Shown here one piece after another: positions 38,526-45,593 of a stretch of 45,593 nt of DNA. Below the pieces are notes generated by a model. The model saw only the letters and a list, made by a program, of their open reading frames with translations. It was not told where the DNA came from and ran no database searches. The first letter of the stretch is position 1. Each line of letters begins with the position of its first letter. Position numbers and translations under genes: made by a program. Origin of the DNA: Candidatus Woesebacteria bacterium RIFCSPHIGHO2_01_FULL_39_23 (lineage in GTDB: Bacteria; Patescibacteriota; Microgenomatia; UBA8517); contig MGGH01000022.1 in NCBI GenBank assembly GCA_001792305.1, positions 15,916 to 61,508 on the forward strand. Reading direction: 5' to 3'.

Positions 38526-39521
38526 ATGAATACAAAAAAAATACTACAAGGAATTTATAGAGCGGTGATATTTATTTTAGGAAGATATGGAATTGGAGGA
38601 TTTCATCTAATAAGAGTTGCTCATTGTTTTGTACGTAGAAAATTGATATCGAATTTTATCTTCGTTCAAGGACATAAAATGTTTTTAGATTCTAAAGATT
38701 CATTGAACTTATCTATTAATAATGGTGTCTTTGAAAAATTTGAAACCGAACTTATTAAGAAGGAAATTAAACAGGGTAATATTGTTTTAGATATTGGTTC
38801 AAACATTGGATACTATACTCTAATATTTGCCAAGCTTGTGGGGTATAATGGGAAAGTTTTTGCTTTCGAACCAGATCCCACAAATTTCGCTATACTCAAA
38901 AAGAATATTGAAATTAATGGCTATAAAAATGTTGTGTTGATAAACAAAGCAGTTTCAAATATAACGGGAGGGCTTAAATTGTTTTTGTGCGAAGATAATA
39001 AGGGAGATCACAGGATATACGATTCAAAAGACGGTAGAAAATCTATTGAAATAGAAAGTGTAAGAATAGATGATTATTTTAAAAATCTAAATAACAAAAT
39101 CAATTTTATTAAAATGGATATTCAAGGAGCGGAATATGATGCTCTTAAAGGGATGTGCCGTTTTCTAAATAGAAATAAAAATGTAAAAATAATTACTGAG
39201 TTTTGTCCTATAGGACTTAAAAGATCAGGTGTAAAACCAATTGAATTCTTAAAATTGCTTCTTAGATATGGGTTCAAAATTAGCGAGGTAAATGAAGCAA
39301 AAAATAAAGTTATTCCAATTGATACACCTAGTTTGTTATTAAATGAATTAAAAGAATATACATTTAAAAAGGAGAATTTTACAAATCTTTTATGCGAAAA
39401 GCCATTATCGAAGCCGAGTCGAATACACGTACGATCATGGGAGTGGACACGATTAGAAATCATGCGTAGCCGCAAGGTTACCAGAGGTTCGAATCCTCTC
39501 ATCTCCGCTAAGCCGCAATAG
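38526..39521 (+). CDS. FkbM family methyltransferase; C-terminus reads through a tRNA relic
   Basis: DIGSNIGYY, FAFEP, IKMDIQGAE; AT-rich; ATG 38526. Confidence 0.9.
   Translation: MNTKKILQGIYRAVIFILGRYGIGGFHLIRVAHCFVRRKLISNFIFVQGHKMFLDSKDSLNLSINNGVFEKFETELIKKEIKQGNIVLDIGSNIGYYTLIFAKLVGYNGKVFAFEPDPTNFAILKKNIEINGYKNVVLINKAVSNITGGLKLFLCEDNKGDHRIYDSKDGRKSIEIESVRIDDYFKNLNNKINFIKMDIQGAEYDALKGMCRFLNRNKNVKIITEFCPIGLKRSGVKPIEFLKLLLRYGFKISEVNEAKNKVIPIDTPSLLLNELKEYTFKKENFTNLLCEKPLSKPSRIHVRSWEWTRLEIMRSRKVTRGSNPLISAKPQ
39439..39507 (+). pseudogene. Degenerate tRNA-Ser relic lacking the 5' acceptor strand
   Basis: CACGA-TTAGAAA-TCATG, variable arm GTAGCCGCAAGGTTACC identical to Ser(GGA), AGAGG-TTCGAAT-CCTCT, CATCTCC-G. 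Confidence 0.85.
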
Positions 39522-40194
39522 TCAATCCCCAAATGTTTTTAAAGCCTCCCTTTTTTAAAACCCTGGCTGCCTCTTTCATTGTCGAGCCTGTTGTATAAAC
39601 ATCGTCGAATAGAATAATCAGTAATCTGTAATCGGTGGTTAAAGACTGGTGAGAAACAATCTCAAATGCATCTTTAATGTTTACACTGCGTTCTAACCTA
39701 TTTAACCTTGTCTGATGCTTGGTATCAATGACCCTTTTTAAAAGATCGGGTTCAAACCTACAATCCATCTTTAAAGCAACAATTTTTCCAAGCTCGGCTG
39801 CTTGATTGAAACCACGCCAGTTTTGACGCCGTCTATGGAGAGGAATTGGAACTAAAAGGCAATTACTTAGTTGGCTTACGGTTAATTGGTTTGTTTTTAA
39901 ACGTTCCACTGTTAACAAAGCCAGTTCTTTCGCAATATCCGAGGCAAAATTAAACTTAATCTTTAAAATCGCACGTCTTATCACACCTTCGTATTTCCAA
40001 ATCGAAATTAGTGCCTTTAGTGGTATTTTATCTTTACAAAAGGTATGGGTCAATCCGTTTCTGGTTGGTAACCCACAGCCAGAACATAAAGAGTAAGAGA
40101 GTGCCACTTTTGTAAGACAAAATTTACAGATGTATTTACCGAATCTTCCACACTCTAAGCATTTTTTAGGAAAGAGTAAATCGAGAAAATCCAC
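39508..40194 (-). CDS. comF: Competence protein ComF (double zinc ribbon plus PRTase)
   Basis: LFPKKCLEC, PIPLH...RGFNQA, LFDDVYTTGST. Confidence 0.92.
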   Translation of the reverse strand: MDFLDLLFPKKCLECGRFGKYICKFCLTKVALSYSLCSGCGLPTRNGLTHTFCKDKIPLKALISIWKYEGVIRRAILKIKFNFASDIAKELALLTVERLKTNQLTVSQLSNCLLVPIPLHRRRQNWRGFNQAAELGKIVALKMDCRFEPDLLKRVIDTKHQTRLNRLERSVNIKDAFEIVSHQSLTTDYRLLIILFDDVYTTGSTMKEAARVLKKGGFKNIWGLTIAA

Positions 40195-40211
40195 TAACTT
40201 ATTATTCTACT

Positions 40212-40238
40212 AAAAAACCCCGATATAAGATCGGGGTT
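40212..40238 (-). terminator. Intrinsic terminator after tmRNA
   Basis: AACCCCGAT/ATCGGGGTT stem running into a T tract on the minus strand. Confidence 0.8.
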
Positions 40239-40247
40239 CGACTTTAG

Positions 40248-40648
40248 TGGAGACGGAGGGATTCGAACCCTCGTCCGAAAAGTTAATCAACAAAACCTCT
40301 ACAAGCTTATCTGTTTTAATTATTTCCTTTAATCTAAAAAAACAGCAAATGAGACTAAAGTAATACCTTAATACTTCATCTTTGGTTTAAGGTCAAAAAC
40401 CAAAAACTAATTCAGGCGGTTTATGCCCGCGAATACGGCCTGAAAGCGAAATTTCGCGAACACCGGCTTTAAGCGTAAAGCATATTCAGAGCTGGTCTTG
40501 CGACCAAGCTGGCCAAAAACGCCTCTGCGCGATCAGCCAGACGTCTCGTATAGTTGACGTTTGGTTTTCGATCCATTTTTACAAGTTCGGATCAAACTTG
40601 GCTTGCAGTCTTGTCAAAGTACTTTCCGTCGAAACCTATATCGTCCCC
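40248..40648 (-). ncRNA. ssrA: tmRNA
   Basis: 5' GGGGACGATATAGGTTTCGAC; 3' GAGGGTTCGAATCCCTCCGTCTCCA with G3-U70; directly downstream of smpB; tag frame 40558-40469. Confidence 0.95.
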
Positions 40649-40653
40649 ATTTA

Positions 40654-40680
40654 CCCTGCCGTAGCTTTAGCGTAGGCGGG
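40654..40680. repeat. REP-like 27-bp imperfect palindrome overlapping the smpB stop
   Basis: CCCGCCTACGCTAAAGCTACGGCAGGG on the minus strand; single copy in this window. Confidence 0.45.
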
Positions 40681-41050
40681 TTTCCTTTTCAAGGTCGCGT
40701 TTCTTTATGGCTTCTCTCTTTTCAAACTTTCGTTTTGCTTTTCCAAAAGCTAATCCAACCTTGAAAATACGACCCTTAGTATACACCGAAAGAGGCACAA
40801 GTGTCAAACCTTTTTGCTTCATTTTTGTCGCGACCGAGACAATTTCACTTTTGTGAAGAAGTAGTTTCTTTGCTTTTGTAAACATTGGAGAAATTAGAAA
40901 AACTTCCCCACTCAATATTTTTGCGTGAGAACCGGAAAGGTTTCTTAAAGCTTTAAGCACTTTTACGTCTTCGCCAACCAAAACAATTCCAGCTTCAAAT
41001 CTATCAAAAAGTTTGTAATCAAATCTGGCCTTTTTATTTATTATCCTCAT
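40667..41050 (-). CDS. smpB: SsrA-binding protein (short form)
   Basis: NKKARFDY, EAGIVLVG, KLLLHK, GLTLVPL, KREAIKKRD. Confidence 0.93.
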   Translation of the reverse strand: MRIINKKARFDYKLFDRFEAGIVLVGEDVKVLKALRNLSGSHAKILSGEVFLISPMFTKAKKLLLHKSEIVSVATKMKQKGLTLVPLSVYTKGRIFKVGLAFGKAKRKFEKREAIKKRDLEKETRLR

Positions 41051-42897
41051 TGAAGGTGTTTAAGTTCCAATGTATAAAGATTTGGTCCTGTCAATAGCAG
41101 TATTTTTCGGGAAGATTCTGAAACAAAAATGTCTTTAACATTTCCCAATTCTCCAGTGGAATACTGTGCTACGAACCCACCTTCCTTATCAAAAACTACA
41201 ATTTTATTGGAACCGGAATCCAAAAAATATAAGTTTCGGTTCTCTTCACTGGTGGTAATCTTAAAAGAATTTTTAATGTATTTAGATACAAGAGTGCTGT
41301 CCACCGACAACCTCCTTCCTGAAGCGTACCTATAAACCGCGCCATTTCTGTCCAATAACCAAATCGAACCGTCTATTGCCCAGGAAACTATATCTGAAAA
41401 ATCTTGGCCTTCCGATTCCGTTAGCCAAGTTTGCCCGGAACCAAGGTTATCACCCAACCCAAGATACCTTAAAATCTCGGAACCCGACTTATCCAGAATA
41501 TAAACATTCCCAGCATAGGCTTTTATCAGTGCATTTCCCCCAAAATCTTCCTCCGCAACTTTTTTGCTCCCCGTCTCATCCACTTTATAAATAGCATCCT
41601 TTTTAAGTACATATACCCTTTCCAAGTACCCTGCCAAATCAATCGACCCGGAAACTTCGTCCGGACCACCAGTAATCTGGGTACTCTTTGTATTTATATC
41701 TATTCGAAGAAGTTTCCCTCCACCTTTATCTAAAACATGAAGTGTATCGTGAGATAAGCTGCCCATCTCCCCCTCAAAACCGTCTGAAGAAAGTGTCAGA
41801 TCAAGAAAAAGCTCAGGCTCCGTGTCATACTCCCCTAAAACCTGACCTGAAACACTATCGAATCTACTTATTACCTCCCCATATTCACTTTCAGGAATTT
41901 GGAGTTTTTCAAGGTTAGGCAGGCTTTCCTTAACTGACAACACCAACTCTCTTGAGCGGTCTGGATTAAGGCCGTAGAGAGATAATGCTTCCTCCAATCT
42001 GTGATTAATATCAGAGACTATAGTTTCGTACTTTAGTTTTTCGATCTTAAGTGTACGTTGCCTCGAGCCGTAAAAGACGCTAATAACAAGCAAAAAGATA
42101 AGTATTATTGCGATCAGAAAAGCCGATTTTCTCTTCTTCTCGATTGCAATATCAGTAACACCAGCTTCAACCACAATTTTTCTCTCCGGCAAAAGTCTAA
42201 TAAAAAAATCCAACACAAACACAACGAGCCCACGGAACATGCGAAAGAGAGTTTTGAAAACTCCAAAGTTTATAGCCAATTCATGGGGTTTTGTTTTTTC
42301 TTGGTAATATTGTTCCCTACTAACCGTAAAAACCAAACAACTTGTCTTTTCTTGCCCTGAACTCAAAACTGCAAGTAATCTTTCTATAGATGACTCTGGA
42401 CTCTCTTCCTCAAGGCTGGCTTTTATTATCCCTTTTCCCCACTTTGATACAACATTAGAAGTTGTAACCATAAACGAGTCATCTGATTTTATGGGTCCTG
42501 AAATACTAGTTACCTCCCCAACAGAGGCAGCAACTGTCACAAGCTTCCCGTCTCTTAAGAGAAAGGTCTTTAGTTTTCCTTTTAAAACTATACTCACCAC
42601 TCTGTCGTCCAACAAAACCAGAGCCAAATCGTCGTCAGATGTAATTTTTGTTTGTTTTGTGGAAAGCTCAAGTATTTCTTTTAACCTCAGTAATTTCGGT
42701 CTTACCACTTCATCTCCCCTTAATTGCTCTTCTATGAATTTAAAAAATATTTTCGCTTTATTTTCTGCTTCTTTTCCTTTAAAGCTGGTTAGACCAAGAT
42801 ATACAAAAAACTTGAAGTTACCAAAACTTAACTCATAGAACTGGGACCAATAAAGAGGTTTATTGGAGCTTATTTTGGCAGATTTGATTTTAAGCAT
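41047..42897 (-). CDS. Membrane protein: degenerate PP2C-like N-domain, TM helix, beta-propeller C-domain
   Basis: FLLRDGKL...ISGPIKSDDSFMV pattern, central TM, repeated VYILD/IWLLD/LYFLD blades. Confidence 0.6.
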   Translation of the reverse strand: MLKIKSAKISSNKPLYWSQFYELSFGNFKFFVYLGLTSFKGKEAENKAKIFFKFIEEQLRGDEVVRPKLLRLKEILELSTKQTKITSDDDLALVLLDDRVVSIVLKGKLKTFLLRDGKLVTVAASVGEVTSISGPIKSDDSFMVTTSNVVSKWGKGIIKASLEEESPESSIERLLAVLSSGQEKTSCLVFTVSREQYYQEKTKPHELAINFGVFKTLFRMFRGLVVFVLDFFIRLLPERKIVVEAGVTDIAIEKKRKSAFLIAIILIFLLVISVFYGSRQRTLKIEKLKYETIVSDINHRLEEALSLYGLNPDRSRELVLSVKESLPNLEKLQIPESEYGEVISRFDSVSGQVLGEYDTEPELFLDLTLSSDGFEGEMGSLSHDTLHVLDKGGGKLLRIDINTKSTQITGGPDEVSGSIDLAGYLERVYVLKKDAIYKVDETGSKKVAEEDFGGNALIKAYAGNVYILDKSGSEILRYLGLGDNLGSGQTWLTESEGQDFSDIVSWAIDGSIWLLDRNGAVYRYASGRRLSVDSTLVSKYIKNSFKITTSEENRNLYFLDSGSNKIVVFDKEGGFVAQYSTGELGNVKDIFVSESSRKILLLTGPNLYTLELKHLQ

Positions 42898-43119
42898 TTA
42901 AAGTACAACTAGAGCCCACAAGAAAAGTGTAGCAACCATCGCGAGGTGTCCTAAAGCAATAACCTTTATAAATTTGTCAAATCCGATTTTTAAGGTCTTA
43001 CCCATCAGCCCTACTTGACGAAACACGACAATAGCAAAAATCAGATAGATGACAAAAACCACAATATACCCCATCTTTACAAGTCCCCAAACTGAGCTGC
43101 CGTCAATGATTAGGTCCAC
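42898..43119 (-). CDS. Small two-TM protein (DUF5657-like)
   Basis: IYLIFAIVVFRQVGLMGKTL. Confidence 0.65.
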   Translation of the reverse strand: MDLIIDGSSVWGLVKMGYIVVFVIYLIFAIVVFRQVGLMGKTLKIGFDKFIKVIALGHLAMVATLFLWALVVL

Positions 43120-43126
43120 TATTAAC

Positions 43127-43828
43127 TTAGCTAAGTCTCCCTTCTATACTTTCTATTTCTTCCTCTTGTCGAAGCTCTTGTAATATTTTGGCAACTCTGT
43201 CGGGTTTTGGTATTCCAAGCATTTCAATGTTCTGTATTTCTCCGGCGGTTTGTACCAAAATATCACCGTAGTCAAAAAGCGTTCTTATCGCTCCTCCCAT
43301 CGTATATGTCACGTCTTCAATGTTGTCGAGCTCCGCGTCCGTTACCTTTTTATAAACGAAATTGTGAAAATTAATGTCTACTATTCTCTCGTCTGTTATG
43401 ATGTTGACATTAAAAAACCAGACCAAAAAATTCTCAAACGCATAGGTAAAAACAAAAACGTACCATGCCATAATGGAAATCATTTGAAACCTTGGCGGCA
43501 TGAAAGAAATCGCCGAAAAAACAAACAGTAAACCGGGTGCCAAAATCATCAACATGGTCAAAATTATCCAGGGAATATTTGTAATGGGGTGCCTGCGCAA
43601 AAGTAGTACAACTTTTTCTTTCTTATCTTGTGTCTCAAAATTTAGGTGGTCCGGTATATAACAATACGCAGAAAGCGGATTGTGGTTATGCCCCGGCAAA
43701 GAATGTCTCTTTTCCTCTGATACTTTAAGGTCTTTACTTACCTGAGGATACTGGTCCAGACTTACTTTTATCGGCGGAGATTTTGACAAATCTTTAGGAA
43801 TAGGATCATTAATATAAACGTCGGGCAT
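43127..43828 (-). CDS. Membrane protein with bacterial PH domain
   Basis: LLLRRHP, two TM, IITDERIVDI, FDYGDILVQTAG. Confidence 0.8.
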   Translation of the reverse strand: MPDVYINDPIPKDLSKSPPIKVSLDQYPQVSKDLKVSEEKRHSLPGHNHNPLSAYCYIPDHLNFETQDKKEKVVLLLRRHPITNIPWIILTMLMILAPGLLFVFSAISFMPPRFQMISIMAWYVFVFTYAFENFLVWFFNVNIITDERIVDINFHNFVYKKVTDAELDNIEDVTYTMGGAIRTLFDYGDILVQTAGEIQNIEMLGIPKPDRVAKILQELRQEEEIESIEGRLS

Positions 43829-43858
43829 CTTGAGGCTAATTATATCACGAAATTAATA

Positions 43859-45553
43859 TCAGAGCTTTTCTATATTAAACAACGAGCTCTTCAAACCAAT
43901 GTAGCCTGGTGCTCTAAGATTAAATGCTTTTTTAAATTCCGACCCCGGGATTGTCACTGTACCTTTATTGGTTGAAAAGCTGATATTTATTGTAGAACCG
44001 TCATTTCCGTAAACAACAGAAATGTTTGTAACGCTTAAATAGCCTCCGATTGAAGCAAGATCACTTTTGGAATATGGATTTCCTCCCCAACAGTTGGTGT
44101 CAAGTGGTGAAATTTTTGAGGTATCTCCTCCACCATTATATAAAACATGCCAAGCGTTAATGATATCTGCCGTCTCCTCACCTGATAGCCAGGGGCTACT
44201 TCTACCACATAAGGCTCCGCTCCGGGCTTTATACCAACCCTTATAAAACCAGGGCGAACCCGCTTGTTTTTCATAAGCGGTGTCCGGCCAAGCTCCAGAT
44301 ACATCTTTTATTCCGGTCCAACCCCACTGGCTAATTGTAAATCCTCCGGATGTCGAAGCATAATATGTTTTTGCAGGAGAGTTTCCCTGGACAACCACCC
44401 AGCCGCGGGTGGCTCTAACTGCCTCTGCCCATTTACCGCTTTTAAGCTGGGGCTTATACACTTGGCAGGCCTCTGTGGTACAAATACTTCCAGAACCATT
44501 ATTGGTGACAGCTAAAGCGTAACTTCGGGCAGCTACTGCTTGGGCCTTCAATGCCTCAAACCCTCCGGAGTCCCCCCAGGATTCGGGTACCTCATAAATT
44601 CCAAGTAAATAGTTATCCTCAAAAGGAATTCTGCCAAAACCTGTTACACCAATAGTCGCAGGCACAGGATAATTCTTCTGTAATTGGGCGCCCTGGAAAT
44701 AAGCCATTAGTATTGTTTCTGCATCCTGACCCTGCTTACTCCTTCCGTAAGCGCCGTATTGGCTCATACCAGTTCTGTGGGGAGCACCAAAAGAAAAGGC
44801 CGCAAACGCAGGCCGAAACCCGGGGTCACAAAAATTGCTTGATCCCGGCGGGCCTGAGCAAGGCTCAAAAGTCGGCGGAGTGTCTCCTATCGAAGTTTGA
44901 AAACCCCCGGCTTTGGCAGCTTGCAACTCCTGTTGTTTTGCTGATAGTGAAGCCAAATAGCTTTCCGTTTTTTCGACCTCGCCCTCCAAGAATTCTGCCC
45001 TCTCGTCCACTTTTTTTTGCACGGAGGCCAAGTTATTCCTATTTTTTTCGAGAAGTTCCTTGTCGTTTTTAAACTCTATCAAATCCTCACCATATTTAAT
45101 CATAGTTTTCCGGTCACTATCAGCCGCACGCGCTCTGAAACTAATTTCTCTAAAAGCGCTGGATGCGTCCCCGGCTGACAAAAAAGGAAGAATTGGGTCA
45201 TAAACACGCAAAAAAAGGTAATGATTTTTTGCCTTTTCGCGCAAAATTGCCTCAGCATAAGCCAAGTCTTCTTCTCTTCCTTTAATTTGGTTAGAGAGAT
45301 TGGTCAGCTCTTTTGAAATAACCGATATTCTGTTTTTAAGATCTGCTAACTGTTTATTGAGGTTTGAAAGCTCTTGCTTATTTGTCTCATGAGCGGACGA
45401 CAAAGCATCGATCTCCCGCTGAATTTCACTTATTTGACAATCGTAGTCGGATGAAGGGCAATGAGAAGCACCTATGTTGTAAGTTGTATGTTGTAAGTTG
45501 TAAACAAGAAATATAAAGAAAAAAGTAAGCAGTAGGGACTTGGTTTTTGACAT
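43859..45553 (-). CDS. SpoIID/LytB-domain peptidoglycan hydrolase with N-terminal coiled coil
   Basis: Signal peptide, long coiled coil, HRTGMSQYGA, YEVPESW, ALKAQAVAARSYA, CQVY. Confidence 0.88.
   Translation of the reverse strand: MSKTKSLLLTFFFIFLVYNLQHTTYNIGASHCPSSDYDCQISEIQREIDALSSAHETNKQELSNLNKQLADLKNRISVISKELTNLSNQIKGREEDLAYAEAILREKAKNHYLFLRVYDPILPFLSAGDASSAFREISFRARAADSDRKTMIKYGEDLIEFKNDKELLEKNRNNLASVQKKVDERAEFLEGEVEKTESYLASLSAKQQELQAAKAGGFQTSIGDTPPTFEPCSGPPGSSNFCDPGFRPAFAAFSFGAPHRTGMSQYGAYGRSKQGQDAETILMAYFQGAQLQKNYPVPATIGVTGFGRIPFEDNYLLGIYEVPESWGDSGGFEALKAQAVAARSYALAVTNNGSGSICTTEACQVYKPQLKSGKWAEAVRATRGWVVVQGNSPAKTYYASTSGGFTISQWGWTGIKDVSGAWPDTAYEKQAGSPWFYKGWYKARSGALCGRSSPWLSGEETADIINAWHVLYNGGGDTSKISPLDTNCWGGNPYSKSDLASIGGYLSVTNISVVYGNDGSTINISFSTNKGTVTIPGSEFKKAFNLRAPGYIGLKSSLFNIEKL
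45475..45502. repeat. Four tandem heptamers (WGTTGTA) inside the signal-peptide coding region
   Basis: TGTTGTA AGTTGTA TGTTGTA AGTTGTA. Confidence 0.8.
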
Positions 45554-45593
45554 ATGCTTATCCGTTCATTATATCAGCTCTAAACCATTTGCT

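Noticed and set aside
40561-40764. 67-aa plus-strand ORF
   Set aside because: Antisense to tmRNA and smpB
1-45593. Alternative genetic code (UGA as Gly or Trp)
   Set aside because: TGA ends several well-defined genes at expected positions (pilC, hpf, DsrE, SpoIID-like), and conserved genes are intact under code 11

Overview
Chromosomal window from a small-genome bacterium, most likely Patescibacteria (CPR, Microgenomates-like). This is inferred from gene content, short intergenic spaces and many leaderless promoters; TGA acts as stop (code 11). Left to right: (i) a type IV pilus locus, with pilA, PilO-like, PilM-PilN fusion, pilC and pilB on the minus strand and a three-gene minor-pilin block on the plus strand; (ii) a ~13 kb integrase-free plasticity region (10.4-23.3 kb) ending at tRNA-Asn, with two small repeat families, a secreted phosphoesterase and an extremely Trp-rich membrane protein; (iii) dnaG-rpoD; (iv) a surface glycosylation cluster; (v) a tRNA region with all four tRNA-Ser isoacceptors plus tRNA-Arg(GCG), where single protein genes (PD-(D/E)XK nuclease, degenerate NUDIX, pilin-like Hint protein, FkbM methyltransferase) are fused almost base-to-base to intact tRNAs and to three orphan tRNA halves; (vi) comF, tmRNA with a long predicted tag, a short smpB and cell-envelope genes. 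The best candidate for an undescribed system is the tRNA-half-punctuated gene-cassette array at 35.4-39.5 kb. All calls come from reading motifs by eye; no searches were run.
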